From Flavobacteriales bacterium (GTDB lineage Bacteria > Bacteroidota > Bacteroidia > Flavobacteriales > Flavobacteriaceae), in the NCBI GenBank assembly GCA_038316335.1, contig JBBQAM010000001.1, positions 82,247 to 146,246 of the forward strand: a stretch of 64,000 nucleotides of DNA, read 5' to 3'. Position 1 is the first letter of the stretch. Each line of letters opens with the position of its first letter. Below the pieces are notes generated by a model. It was not told the DNA's origin and searched no databases. It saw nothing but the letters and a program-made list of their open reading frames with translations. A program made the position numbers and the translations under genes. Below, piece after piece: positions 30,263 through 41,080 of this stretch.

Positions 30263-33200
30263 ATGCGCAAGATTATATCCTACTTTATTAAATATCACGT
30301 TGCTGTAGATGTGTTCATCCTGGCCTTCTTCGTTTTTGGTATCGTAGGCATGTTGTCATTAAAATCTTCTTTCTTCCCATTAGTCGAATCAAAGAATATT
30401 TCAATAAATATTACCTACCCGGGCGCTTCCCCTCAAGAGATTGAAGAGGGAATCGTATTAAAGATCGAGGACAATCTAAAAGGCCTACAAGGAGTTGACC
30501 GGGTTACTTCTATCGCACGTGAAAATAGCGGAACGATTAATGTCGAGATCGAAAAAGGTCGAAACATCGATTTTATGTTGTTGGAGGTTAAAAATGCGGT
30601 TGATAGGGTGCCTTCGTTTCCTACAGGAATGGAGCCATTGGTCGTTTCAAAACTAGAGGCCATTCGCCAAACGATCAGTTTCGCGATAAGTGGCGAAAAT
30701 GTTCCATTGGTGACATTGAAACAAATCGGACGTCAGATCGAGAATGAATTGCGCACAATCGATGGTATTTCTCAAATAAACATGACTGGATATCCCCAGG
30801 AGGAAATTGAGATTGCCGTAAACGAGAATAACCTACTGGCCTATAATATGTCTTTTAATGATGTTGCCCAGGCCGTGGCGAACGCAAACATCCTGGTAAC
30901 GGGAGGCAATATTAAGACCGATGCGGAGGAATACCTAATAAGGGCTAACAACCGATTGTATTATGGCGATGAACTATCAAATTTAATTATTCGTGCCGAT
31001 GCTTCCGGTCGTACAATTCGATTGAAAGATGTCGCAATTATACGAGATCGTTTTGCAGAATCCCCGAATGCCTCCTATTTTGATGGCAACCTTTCGGTAA
31101 ATGCTTCGGTAACAAGCACCAATTCAGAGGATTTATTGACTTCCGCCGAAAAAGTGAAGTCGTATATCGAGGATTTTAACCACAAGCATAATAATATCAA
31201 GCTGCACGTGGTCAGCGACCAATCGACCACACTGAATCAGCGTACCGAACTGCTGACCAAGAATGCGATTATGGGCATGCTATTGGTCTTACTGTTCCTA
31301 TCGCTGTTCCTGAACACACGACTAGCATTCTGGGTAGCATTCGGCCTGCCAATATCCTTTTTGGGAATGTTTGTTTTTGCCGGATATTTTGGGGTGACGA
31401 TCAATGTACTTTCTCTTTTTGGGATGATCATCGTTATTGGTATTTTGGTTGATGACGGAATCGTCATCGCCGAAAATATTTATCAGCATTATGAAAGGGG
31501 CAAATCACCCATACAAGCTGCCATCGATGGTACGGTCGAGGTAATACCCCCAGTAGTCTCTGCCATTATAACCACTTTATTGGCTTTCTCGGTATTTCTC
31601 TTCCTTGATAGTCGGATTGGGGAATTTTTCAGTGAGGTCTCAGTAATCGTTATGTTGACCTTGTTTATTTCCTTGATAGAGGCATTGATCATCTTGCCAG
31701 CGCATTTGGCCCATTCCAAAGCCTTGGCGCCCATCTCCGACATGCCGAAATCTAAGATAGGGCAGCTTTTTGCCAAATTACGGGTAATAAATAAGTTGGG
31801 GGATCGACTTATGGTTTGGATGCGCGATACTATCTATGGCCCAGCCTTACATTTTACCTTAAAGCATAAAATCTTGACGTTTGGCCTTTTTGTTTCTGCC
31901 ATTGTACTTACTTTGGGATCAATAGGAGGAGGGATTATCAGGACGGCATTTTTTCCACAGGTCGCCAGCGATAGGATACAGGTGCAATTATTGATGCCCA
32001 ACGGTACAAATGAAAAAGTTACCGATTCAATTATCAGCCTTATCGAGGAGAAGGCAGACATTGTAAATCAGGAGATGACCGATGAATATTTGAAGGGCAC
32101 CGGTAAAATACTCTTTGAGAATACAATCAAGAATCTAGGTCCCGGGACATCTGCCGCAAACCTTGAAATCAACTTACTTCCCGGAGAAGAAAGACCCGAT
32201 GCGATTGCCTCTGAAATGGTAACCAATAGATTGCGCGAACTGGTTGGCCCAGTGATCGGCGTTGAAAGCCTGATTTATGGATCGGGAGGAAATTTTGGAG
32301 GTAGCCCTGTTTCGGTATCCTTACTGGGTAATAATATACAAGAACTAAAGGCAGCTAAAAGAGAACTCAAAGATGCGTTGGAAAATAATGCGTTGTTAAA
32401 AGATGTGGCCGATAATGATCCTGCAGGCATCAAGGAAATACGCTTGGAATTAAAAGAAAACGCCTATTTATTGGGTCTTGATCTTCGCAATGTGATGAAC
32501 CAAGTGCGATCCGGTTTCTTTGGAGCCCAGGCCCAACGTTTTCAAAGAGGGCAGGATGAAATACGCGTCTGGGTCCGATATGATCGTGAAAATCGATCTT
32601 CGATAACCGACCTTGATGAAATGCGGATCACGACCCCTAGTGGTAGCAAGGTGCCGCTGAAGGAAATTGCGAATTATACCATTGAAAGAGGGGATGTTGC
32701 CATTAATCACCTCGAAGGACGTCGGGAAATACAAGTCTCAGCAGACATTAAGGACGTCAAAACGACCAGTCCGACCGACATTATGACGGATATTCGCACC
32801 ATCATCATGCCCGAAATACAATCAAAATATCCGACGGTTTCTGCCTCGTATGAAGGTCAAAACCGTGAAGCGAACAAACTATTCGATTCATTGCGATTCG
32901 TAGGTCTGTCGGTATTAATGTTGATTTATATTACCATCGCATTTACATTTCGTAGTTTTAGTCAGCCTCTGTTGCTGATACTTCTGGTTCCCTTTAGTTT
33001 AACGGCTGTTGCTTGGGGGCATTGGATTCACGATTTCCCGATTAATATTCTATCGCTTTTAGGAATCATTGCTCTTATTGGAGTCATGGTAAACGACGGT
33101 CTGGTTTTGATCGGCAAATTCAATAGCAACCTTCGGGACGGAATGATATTCGAGGATGCTATTTATGATGCCGGAAAATCGCGATTCAGAGCGATATTCT

Positions 33201-33544
33201 TAACGACCGCTACTACTATTGCCGGCCTCGCTCCCTTGTTGTTGGAAAAGAGCAGACAGGCACAATTTTTAAAACCTATGGCGATTTCAATTGCCTATGG
33301 TATTGCCTTTGCAACAGTCCTGACACTCTTACTTCTCCCTATATTTTTGTCGTTTAGCAATCGTACGAAGGTAACTACCAAATGGTTGGCCAGTGGAAAC
33401 AAGGTAACGAAGGAAGAGGTGGAACGGGCAATAAAGGAACAAAAAGAAGAACAGCATCACAGCCAAGGTTCTTCAACACAATCCTTAAACGGATTACCCA
33501 ATACGATCAAAGAAAACCCAAAAGAATTTGAAGGTAAAGAATAG
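30263..33544 (+). CDS. Efflux RND transporter permease (AcrB/CzcA superfamily)
   Basis: 1093 aa with 12 predicted TM segments in the 1+5 / 1+5 arrangement and two large periplasmic loops. Confidence 0.95.
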   Translation: MRKIISYFIKYHVAVDVFILAFFVFGIVGMLSLKSSFFPLVESKNISINITYPGASPQEIEEGIVLKIEDNLKGLQGVDRVTSIARENSGTINVEIEKGRNIDFMLLEVKNAVDRVPSFPTGMEPLVVSKLEAIRQTISFAISGENVPLVTLKQIGRQIENELRTIDGISQINMTGYPQEEIEIAVNENNLLAYNMSFNDVAQAVANANILVTGGNIKTDAEEYLIRANNRLYYGDELSNLIIRADASGRTIRLKDVAIIRDRFAESPNASYFDGNLSVNASVTSTNSEDLLTSAEKVKSYIEDFNHKHNNIKLHVVSDQSTTLNQRTELLTKNAIMGMLLVLLFLSLFLNTRLAFWVAFGLPISFLGMFVFAGYFGVTINVLSLFGMIIVIGILVDDGIVIAENIYQHYERGKSPIQAAIDGTVEVIPPVVSAIITTLLAFSVFLFLDSRIGEFFSEVSVIVMLTLFISLIEALIILPAHLAHSKALAPISDMPKSKIGQLFAKLRVINKLGDRLMVWMRDTIYGPALHFTLKHKILTFGLFVSAIVLTLGSIGGGIIRTAFFPQVASDRIQVQLLMPNGTNEKVTDSIISLIEEKADIVNQEMTDEYLKGTGKILFENTIKNLGPGTSAANLEINLLPGEERPDAIASEMVTNRLRELVGPVIGVESLIYGSGGNFGGSPVSVSLLGNNIQELKAAKRELKDALENNALLKDVADNDPAGIKEIRLELKENAYLLGLDLRNVMNQVRSGFFGAQAQRFQRGQDEIRVWVRYDRENRSSITDLDEMRITTPSGSKVPLKEIANYTIERGDVAINHLEGRREIQVSADIKDVKTTSPTDIMTDIRTIIMPEIQSKYPTVSASYEGQNREANKLFDSLRFVGLSVLMLIYITIAFTFRSFSQPLLLILLVPFSLTAVAWGHWIHDFPINILSLLGIIALIGVMVNDGLVLIGKFNSNLRDGMIFEDAIYDAGKSRFRAIFLTTATTIAGLAPLLLEKSRQAQFLKPMAISIAYGIAFATVLTLLLLPIFLSFSNRTKVTTKWLASGNKVTKEEVERAIKEQKEEQHHSQGSSTQSLNGLPNTIKENPKEFEGKE

Positions 33545-33554
33545 CGTTGTTAGC

Positions 33555-34919
33555 ATGAATAGAAAATATACTTTCGTTTGTTTTTTTCTAGTGTTTTCAG
33601 GGATACTCATGGGCCAAGAAAACTTGTTGTCGAAAGAGGAGGCCATTGAATTGGCTTTGGAGAACAATTTTGGCATAAAAGTAGCCCGAAACTTAGTTGA
33701 AATCTCCGATAACAATCGGGGCATCTTGAATTCTGGCTATTTGCCAAATGTTTCGGGAACTGCCGGTGCCAATTACAACGACCTTAATAGTACGACCTCG
33801 TATCCCGGGCAATTTGAAACAAATGGCGATCCAAGGGCGGATCTAGAAATAAAAGATGCCGAATCTCAGAGCTTCAATGCCGGAGTAGGCGTCAATTATA
33901 CCCTTTTTGATGGTCTTGGTCGCTTTTATAACTATAAGAAACTACAGGAGCAATATCAGTTAACAGAACTTCAGGCAAGGGAAACAATCGAGAACACTCT
34001 CTTACAATTGCTTAGTGTTTACTTTGAGGTGGCCCGTCTCACGGAAAACCAGAACGTGCTTCAACAAGCCTTGGAAATATCGACACAGCGAATCACAAGG
34101 GCAGAATATGCCTTTGAATATGGTCAAAATACCCAACTTGATATATTAAACGCACAGGTCGATGCTACGAATGATAGTATCAATTTATTGAATACACAGC
34201 AACAACTCGCGAATACCAGGCGCGATTTAAACGTTGTCTTGAATAGAAATTTAAAGGAGACCTATCAAGTTGATACCTTGGTTAATTTTTTGCCTCGTTT
34301 ACAACTTGATGGGCTGATAGATCAGGCCCAGAATAATAATGTGGCCATCTTACAGACCGAGCGAAATTTGGCGATCAATTCGTACGATATCAAGGTCAAT
34401 AAGTCGGGATACTTGCCAAATATCGGATTAAATGGATCTTATGGTTGGAACTTGAACCAAAGTGCGGCCTCCTCGTTTATTCCTGGTCAGATCATCCCTG
34501 GAAGCAACAGAAATTCCCTTAATTTTGCCTTGGGTGCAAGTCTAAGCTGGAACTTATTTGATGGTGGAGGTACCTCGGTTCGTGTAAAGAATTCAAGGAT
34601 TGCCTACCAAAATCAGGAATTATTGCAAAAACAAGTTGCATTAGAGGTTGATAGGGATATCGCGAACGCCTTGGCATTTTATGAAAATCGGGTAACGATT
34701 TATCAGATTCAGGAACAGAACGTGATTACCAATGAGAACAATTTTGAACGAAGCAAGGAACAGTTTCAATTGGGAAGGATTACTTCGATCGAATTTAGAC
34801 AGGCGCAGATCAATCTGCTTAATGCCCAGACCAATAAGAATCTGGCGAAATACAATGCCAAACTGGCGGAAATTCAACTTTTACAGTTAACGGGTCAATT
34901 ATTAAATGTAGCCCTATAA
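33555..34919 (+). CDS. TolC-family outer-membrane efflux protein
   Basis: ORF 33528-34919. ATG at 33555 (MNRKYTFVCFFLVFSGILMGQ, signal peptide) lies just after the RND stop. The body has a duplicated TolC-like helical repeat. Confidence 0.88.
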   Translation: MNRKYTFVCFFLVFSGILMGQENLLSKEEAIELALENNFGIKVARNLVEISDNNRGILNSGYLPNVSGTAGANYNDLNSTTSYPGQFETNGDPRADLEIKDAESQSFNAGVGVNYTLFDGLGRFYNYKKLQEQYQLTELQARETIENTLLQLLSVYFEVARLTENQNVLQQALEISTQRITRAEYAFEYGQNTQLDILNAQVDATNDSINLLNTQQQLANTRRDLNVVLNRNLKETYQVDTLVNFLPRLQLDGLIDQAQNNNVAILQTERNLAINSYDIKVNKSGYLPNIGLNGSYGWNLNQSAASSFIPGQIIPGSNRNSLNFALGASLSWNLFDGGGTSVRVKNSRIAYQNQELLQKQVALEVDRDIANALAFYENRVTIYQIQEQNVITNENNFERSKEQFQLGRITSIEFRQAQINLLNAQTNKNLAKYNAKLAEIQLLQLTGQLLNVAL

Positions 34920-34946
34920 AGTCACAGGCCTAAAAATTTTCAAGCC

Positions 34947-35126
34947 ATGTACGAACATTTTTTTCAATGTCCATATTGTTGGGAGGAGATATCCGTATTG
35001 CTTGATCCATCGATTTCGAAGCAAACCTATGTTGAAGATTGTGAGGTTTGTTGCAATCCCATTGAGCTAACCCCTGAATTTGCAGATACTGAGTTGGTCG
35101 GTCTCCAAGTAGGGACAATGGATTAG
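34947..35126 (+). CDS. CPXCG-type cysteine-rich small protein (59 aa)
   Basis: ATG 34947 to TAG 35124-35126 gives MYEHFFQCPYCWEEISVLLDPSISKQTYVEDCEVCCNPIELTPEF..., with a paired CPxC / CxVCCxP zinc-ribbon pattern. It is one residue below the ORF-track cutoff. Confidence 0.65.
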   Translation: MYEHFFQCPYCWEEISVLLDPSISKQTYVEDCEVCCNPIELTPEFADTELVGLQVGTMD

Positions 35127-35130
35127 ATCA

Positions 35131-35811
35131 TTAGTCTTTCACCGTAATACTTCCCCCAAATACCTTGTTTTTATCAACTTGCTTGGGGTTGCCAAATATA
35201 GTTATGTTTCCTCCCGCCCTAACTTTGGCAGTTACTTTTTCCGAGGCATTAATATCGGCTCTTCCGCCGGCATTGACCGTAACTACCGTTTCTTCAGTGA
35301 TTAATTTTTCATTATAGACTTTGCCGCCGGCATTGGCAAGGACTTCTTGGGTCTTGGCATTTCCACTCAAGTCTACCTCCCCACCTGAAGTCGATTTCAC
35401 ATCCAATGTATTGACTTTTATTTTTAGGGATATCTTGCCGGCCTCTTGCACGGCAACCCTTAATTCAGATGCGGTCACAATCTCATCTGACGTAATCCTA
35501 GCATCCTCATTTGAATCGATCAAGGTAAGCTCTTCAGTATAATAGACTTTGACCAAAATGTCGTCTCCATCAAAATTATTACCCAATTCCATTCGAATTT
35601 TGAGAAGGCCATTTTTGACGACAATCGACACTTCTTCTTGATCTTCGCCTGATATAACGACCTTATTTTGACTGCTTTTTAGGATTTGTACCTCAATACC
35701 GTCAAATGCCTTTATCTCGGTAAATTTTTCAAGTTCTTGGGTAATTTCCTTTTGGGCAAAAATCATCCCTGAAAATACCATGCATACTAAGAATCCGATA
35801 GTGTGTTTCAT
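35131..35811 (-). CDS. DUF2807 / head-GIN domain protein (putative beta-helical surface protein)
   Basis: ORF 35131-35853. ATG at 35811 gives the signal peptide MKHTIGFLVCMVFSGMIFAQ. Repeated GG(E/K/R)xD(L/I)xG/A units are seen near the C-terminus. Confidence 0.65.
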   Translation of the reverse strand: MKHTIGFLVCMVFSGMIFAQKEITQELEKFTEIKAFDGIEVQILKSSQNKVVISGEDQEEVSIVVKNGLLKIRMELGNNFDGDDILVKVYYTEELTLIDSNEDARITSDEIVTASELRVAVQEAGKISLKIKVNTLDVKSTSGGEVDLSGNAKTQEVLANAGGKVYNEKLITEETVVTVNAGGRADINASEKVTAKVRAGGNITIFGNPKQVDKNKVFGGSITVKD

Positions 35812-36036
35812 AAGGCCATAATTTGTACTAGTAGCATCGTTCAAAAATTTCATATGCCACTTTTCACACAGTTACGGTCAAATTTAGTATTATTCCTCAA
35901 GAAATATTGTTTCATCCTTAATTTTAAATAAATAGATTTTTAATTTAGGCAATTCGGTTTCTTATAAGTAAAATTGTTCGATGAAATAATTTCCTAATAA
36001 GGATCCTATCAATGTAACCCGTTTATATTACCTCTT

Positions 36037-37032
36037 ATGAAGCACGTGCTATTAATAGTTTTCTTCCTTTTTTTGTCATGTAAAGCGGTCAAGGTATCCG
36101 ACCCTAGTCCTGAGGGCGGGACAAAGGGGGCCGTTGCAGAAAGCCTTTCCCAAAAAATTCCTGCCACAAGTGTTGGTTTTGATTTGGTCAAAATACCTGC
36201 TGGAAGTTTCATGATGGGCAGTGACGTCGCCGAAACGGATCGAAGAACCGATGAAGGCCCACGTCACGAAGTAAAAGTCGATGCTTTTTGGATGGGTAAA
36301 TATGAGGTTACCTGGGACGTTTTTCAACTTTTTTTTAAACAGAACCAACAACTTTTTAACACGCTTGAAGCTGAAACCCTAAAGGATATCGATGCAATAT
36401 CAAGACCAAGTCCGCCCTATGAGGATCCTTCCTATGGAATGGGAAAGGATGGCTACCCGGCAGTAAGTATGAGTGCCTATTCAGCTTTGGTATTCTGCAA
36501 ATGGTTGAGTAATTTGACCGGACGCTTTTATAGATTGCCCACCGAAGCCGAATGGGAATATGCCGCCAGAGCGGGAACGGAAACGGCTTATTCCTTTGGA
36601 AACTCTGCGGATGATATGGACGATTATGCGATATATCATAAAAATTCGAATAATAAGTATGCCAAGGTGGGCAGTAAATTACCCAACCCATGGGGGCTTT
36701 ATGACATGCATGGCAATGTAGCCGAGTGGACACTGGACGAATACAAGGAAAATGCGTATGAAAGTAATGGGGACGATAATCCATGGGTAGTGCCGACCGT
36801 TATTCATCCCAGGGTATACCGAGGGGGGTCTTGGGACGACGACGCCCCAAAACTTCGTTCTGCAGCAAGAACGGCATCAAATTTAAAACAGCAGAAGCGC
36901 GACCCGCAAATACCGAAGAGTTTTTGGTGGTTTACCGATTCGAACTTTGTTGGTTTTCGTTTGGTAAGTCCGTTAGAGCAACCTAGTCTAGAGGACCAAA
37001 AAAAGTTCTGGCAAACCGTATTGGATGAGTAA
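36037..37032 (+). CDS. Formylglycine-generating-enzyme (SUMF1) family lipoprotein
   Basis: Lipoprotein signal FFLFLSC. Motifs YRLPTEAEWEYAARAG and YRGGSWDD. Confidence 0.85.
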   Translation: MKHVLLIVFFLFLSCKAVKVSDPSPEGGTKGAVAESLSQKIPATSVGFDLVKIPAGSFMMGSDVAETDRRTDEGPRHEVKVDAFWMGKYEVTWDVFQLFFKQNQQLFNTLEAETLKDIDAISRPSPPYEDPSYGMGKDGYPAVSMSAYSALVFCKWLSNLTGRFYRLPTEAEWEYAARAGTETAYSFGNSADDMDDYAIYHKNSNNKYAKVGSKLPNPWGLYDMHGNVAEWTLDEYKENAYESNGDDNPWVVPTVIHPRVYRGGSWDDDAPKLRSAARTASNLKQQKRDPQIPKSFWWFTDSNFVGFRLVSPLEQPSLEDQKKFWQTVLDE

Positions 37033-37050
37033 TCTAAAAAATAGTGAAAA

Positions 37051-37587
37051 ATGGTTAGACTAATAATCGTATTGCTGGCACTTACATGTTCTGTCGGGGT
37101 AATGGCCCAGGAATCATTTACCTTGGCCCCTGAAAGCAAATTAGCAATAAGCGGCACCTCAACTGTTCATGATTGGACCGTTACGGCCAGTACGATGCAG
37201 GGCACACTAAAGAAGGAAGGACCAAACATAACGGGAGTTGATTTTAAAGTGGATGTCGCAGGCATCAAAAGTGAGCGAGGGGCTACCATGGATAATAAAA
37301 TGTATGATGCCTTAAAAAAGGATGCGTACCCCAACGTGCTATTTTCCGGGTCTGAAATAAAAAATGGTGCCATCTTGGTAGGTACGTTGACCATTGCGGG
37401 CAAGGAACAAAACGTAGAAATTGATGCCGCGTTCGTCACTGCTCCTAAATCGATAAGGATTACGGGAGAAAAGAAACTAGCCCTAATTGATTATGGTATA
37501 GAACCCCCAACCGCCATGTTCGGACAAGTAATCGTCGGGGCGGATGTAGTCGTAAAATTTGACCTGGTCTTTGAAAGCAATCCCTAG
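37051..37587 (+). CDS. YceI-family periplasmic protein
   Basis: 178 aa with a signal peptide. SGTSTVHDWT and the lipocalin-like YceI pattern are present. Confidence 0.8.
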   Translation: MVRLIIVLLALTCSVGVMAQESFTLAPESKLAISGTSTVHDWTVTASTMQGTLKKEGPNITGVDFKVDVAGIKSERGATMDNKMYDALKKDAYPNVLFSGSEIKNGAILVGTLTIAGKEQNVEIDAAFVTAPKSIRITGEKKLALIDYGIEPPTAMFGQVIVGADVVVKFDLVFESNP

Positions 37588-38584
37588 GCACTTTTTCCCG
37601 TTTTATGCCGTACTTGCGGTTTTTTGTATTTCGCGAATGTACGGCCAGAACCGCTATGAATTTCAATATCGGCAGATGGGTACCGAAATTCGTTTGATTT
37701 TATATACTTCCGATCAGCCCAGGGCAGATTCAATTGCTCAATTGGCATTCAATAGAATCGATGAACTTAATGCCATCTTCAGTGATTACCTAAGTGGTAG
37801 TGAATTAAATGAATTAAGTGCAAGACCCAATAAGGATATTCCGGTAAGTGACGACCTATTTGCAATAATAAGGACTTCCTTGGCAGTTTCTGAACAGACC
37901 CAAGGCGCTTTTGATATTACCGCAGGCCCAATCGTAGGATTGTGGCGCATGGCCCGTAAAACAAAAACCATGCCCACCTACGATGAAATACGCCATGCAA
38001 GGAAAACAGTAGGGTTTAAAAACATTGTCCTTTCCGTTAAGAAGACCGTCAGACTCAAGAAAAAAGGTATGCAGCTTGATCTAGGTGGTATCGGCAAAGG
38101 GTATGCCGCCGATGAAGTTCTCAAGGTTCTCGAGGCGAATGATATCCATGCGGCCCTAATCGATATGGGCGGGGATATACTGGTCAGTAATCCCCCACCA
38201 AAAAGTCCCTATTGGGTTTTGGCAATTTCCTATACAAATTCATTGGGCGAAAAAATTATTCAAAAATTGCATCTTAAAAATCAGGCAATTGCAACTTCCG
38301 GTGATTTGTATCAGTTTGTTGATTTTGATGGGAAACGGTACTCCCACATTGTAGATCCCATTACTGGGTGGGCGCTCAGTTCAGGTGTTCAAGTAACGAC
38401 CATAGCTTCAAGTGCGACCTTGGCCGATGCCTATGCTTCTGCATTGAGTGTATGGGGCATAAATACTTCAAAAGTCAATATGGCAAAAGTGCCTGCTGTC
38501 GAGGCCTTTATGGTCGAGCAAGCACTGTCTGGGAACCGCCCTTGGTCTACCGACGGCTTTAAAAAGTATTTGGCCAGCGAATGA
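37559..38584 (+). CDS. apbE: FAD:protein FMN transferase (ApbE family)
   Basis: Motifs GAFDIT and DLGGIGKGYAADE. The start is uncertain: TTG at 37559 overlaps yceI by 29 nt, and the next in-frame ATG is at 37637. Confidence 0.82.
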   Translation: MTWSLKAIPRHFFPFYAVLAVFCISRMYGQNRYEFQYRQMGTEIRLILYTSDQPRADSIAQLAFNRIDELNAIFSDYLSGSELNELSARPNKDIPVSDDLFAIIRTSLAVSEQTQGAFDITAGPIVGLWRMARKTKTMPTYDEIRHARKTVGFKNIVLSVKKTVRLKKKGMQLDLGGIGKGYAADEVLKVLEANDIHAALIDMGGDILVSNPPPKSPYWVLAISYTNSLGEKIIQKLHLKNQAIATSGDLYQFVDFDGKRYSHIVDPITGWALSSGVQVTTIASSATLADAYASALSVWGINTSKVNMAKVPAVEAFMVEQALSGNRPWSTDGFKKYLASE

Positions 38585-38733
38585 GTTTTCGCTCCAAAAA
38601 ATAGTTTAGGGCCTACCTTTAGGAACTGATGAAAGCGTCACCTGAGAAATCACAATCCGGGCTTCTAAGAATAAAGGGGTATTTTGTTTAATTCGCTATC
38701 TTTAGGAGATATAATGGGGTGTCAAGAATTGGA

Positions 38734-41076
38734 ATGAAACAGAAAATAATACTTTTTGCGACGCTTGCAGGGCTGATTGGGCTACTTTTTGCTTTTAAAA
38801 AAGGCATTTTTACCACATCGAATGATTCGTATGTATCTCTGCGGATGCCGGAAGTGGTTGATTATAACTTTCATATTAAGCCTTTACTTTCAGACCGATG
38901 TTATAAATGTCATGGACCTGATGCAAACAAACGAAAGGCAGGACTGCGTTTGGATCTGGAGACTTCCGCCTATGAGGAATTACCTGAAAATCCGGGTAAA
39001 TTTGCCATCGTACGAGGCCATCCAGAACAAAGTCAATTGTATCGGCATATTATTTCAGAGGACCCTGACATTATGATGCCACCACCAGATTCTAAGTTAG
39101 GGCTGAACACCTATGAAAAGGATCTTATTAAAAAGTGGATTGAACAAGGGGGCAAATATCAAAAGCATTGGGCCTTTATAGCTCCTGTTAAAAGTGACAT
39201 CCCGAAGGTAGCCGGCGATAATTGGTCTCAAAATGAGATCGATGATTTTGTACTAGAAAAATTGGTCGCGAACAACTTGCATCCATCTTCGAAGGCGCAA
39301 ACCGAAACATTGATTCGAAGAATAAGTTTAGATCTAACCGGACTTCCACCAGACAAACAAGTCGTAAAACGACTCATGGAGCATCCTTCGGAAGAAATGT
39401 TGGATAAAGTCATCGATGCATTTTTGGCTTCCCCGGCCTATGGGGAGCGCATGACACAAGCATGGCTCGATGTTGCACGCTATGCCGATTCACATGGATA
39501 TCAGGATGATAGCTATCGGACCATGTGGCCTTGGCGCGATTGGGTTATCCATGCCTTCAATGAAAATTTGCCATATGATACGTTTTTGACCTGGCAACTG
39601 GCGGGTGATTTATTGCCCAATGCAACGAAAGAACAGATTCTCGCTACGGGATTTAATCGAAATCATCCGATTACGCAGGAAGGCGGTGTGATCCAAGAAG
39701 AATATCGCACGAACTATGTTCTTGATCGCACAAACACCCTGGGAAAGGGAATTTTAGGAATAACACTTGAATGTGCGCGGTGCCATGACCATAAGTATGA
39801 CCCGATTTCCCAAAAGGAATATTATGGCATTTTTTCCTTTTTTAATCAAGTAAATGAAAAGGGACTTCAGATGGATGCCGTTCAGGCAAAAGATCAGAAG
39901 TATTACGCCGATGCCCCTTTTATGTCGATTAGCGATACCGAGACCCGTGATGTGTTGTCATTTGTAAAACTGCAAAAGGGCGAACATATCAATGTTATGA
40001 TTATGAACGATTCGGCCCCTAAAGCTACCTTTCGTTTGAATCGCGGAAATTATGATGAACCGACCGACACAGTTTGGGCAAGTACCCCTAAGGCGATATA
40101 TCCATTTTCTGAATCCTTGCCAAAAAACCGAATGGGCCTGGCCCAATGGGTGACCGACACCAAAAATCCACTTACTTCCAGAGTATTTGTAAACCGAATC
40201 TGGGGAATGCTATTCGGGCGCGGCCTTGTGGAGACCGTTGAAGATTTTGGTGTGCAAGGAAGTCTCCCGACACATCCTGAACTATTGGATTGGCTGGCCG
40301 TTGATTTTATGGAACACGAATGGGATATCAAATATTTATTAAAAAAAATAATGCAATCGGCCACCTATCAACAGCGTTCGGAAGCAACGCCCGAATTAAA
40401 AAAGGCCGACCCCGAGAATAAATTCTTGGCCCGGGCTCCGCGTTTCAGAATGTCTGGGGAAATGATTCGCGATTACATCTTAGCGACAAGTGGATTATTA
40501 AATAGAGACATCGGAGGACCCAGTGTTAAACCCTATCAACCACCCGGGCTTTGGGAGGAGACGAATGCCGGTGGCAATCGAGGCGTGTTGACTACCTATG
40601 TTCCCGATGAGGGTAAAAAATTATATCGGAGATCGTTATATACTTTCTGGAAACGTACCTTACCTCCCGCTAGTTTGACCATATTCGATGCCCCTACCCG
40701 GGATTTTTGCGAAGTGCGAAGACAAAAGACCAATACACCGCTCCAGGCCTTGGCACTTCAAAACGATGTACAGGTGTTGGAAGCCGCCCGTGTTTTGGCC
40801 CAAAATACGGTCGCGAAAAAAGAAGATGTTACCACAATGGTGAACGAAGTTTTTCAAACAATTCTCTTTCGTGCACCCAAGCCCGAGGAATTACGGTTGT
40901 TAGAAGACTATTATGACCATGCCTTAGTAGAATTCAATGCCCATAAAAGTGATGCGAACGCATTGATTGCCCAAGGTAGTTATAAAGCTTCGGAAGCTGA
41001 TCCCGTAAAGACCGCAGCATTGATGCTTACGGCGCAGGTGGTTTATAATACCGACGAAACAATTACAAAAGAATAA
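38734..41076 (+). CDS. Planctomycete-type cytochrome c domain protein (PSCyt1 + DUF1549 + DUF1553 architecture)
   Basis: ORF starts at GTG 38719; ATG at 38734 is preferred. TM/signal anchor, CYKCHGPDANKRKAGLRLD heme-c motif, and a long conserved body (RCHDHKYDP motif). Confidence 0.8.
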   Translation: MKQKIILFATLAGLIGLLFAFKKGIFTTSNDSYVSLRMPEVVDYNFHIKPLLSDRCYKCHGPDANKRKAGLRLDLETSAYEELPENPGKFAIVRGHPEQSQLYRHIISEDPDIMMPPPDSKLGLNTYEKDLIKKWIEQGGKYQKHWAFIAPVKSDIPKVAGDNWSQNEIDDFVLEKLVANNLHPSSKAQTETLIRRISLDLTGLPPDKQVVKRLMEHPSEEMLDKVIDAFLASPAYGERMTQAWLDVARYADSHGYQDDSYRTMWPWRDWVIHAFNENLPYDTFLTWQLAGDLLPNATKEQILATGFNRNHPITQEGGVIQEEYRTNYVLDRTNTLGKGILGITLECARCHDHKYDPISQKEYYGIFSFFNQVNEKGLQMDAVQAKDQKYYADAPFMSISDTETRDVLSFVKLQKGEHINVMIMNDSAPKATFRLNRGNYDEPTDTVWASTPKAIYPFSESLPKNRMGLAQWVTDTKNPLTSRVFVNRIWGMLFGRGLVETVEDFGVQGSLPTHPELLDWLAVDFMEHEWDIKYLLKKIMQSATYQQRSEATPELKKADPENKFLARAPRFRMSGEMIRDYILATSGLLNRDIGGPSVKPYQPPGLWEETNAGGNRGVLTTYVPDEGKKLYRRSLYTFWKRTLPPASLTIFDAPTRDFCEVRRQKTNTPLQALALQNDVQVLEAARVLAQNTVAKKEDVTTMVNEVFQTILFRAPKPEELRLLEDYYDHALVEFNAHKSDANALIAQGSYKASEADPVKTAALMLTAQVVYNTDETITKE

Positions 41077-41080
41077 GACC

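Noticed and set aside
34930-35118. A 62-aa minus-strand ORF in the ORF track
   Set aside because: It is featureless, and it lies antisense to a plus-strand ORF with a clear paired-Cys (CPXCG-type) pattern placed directly after the TolC gene.
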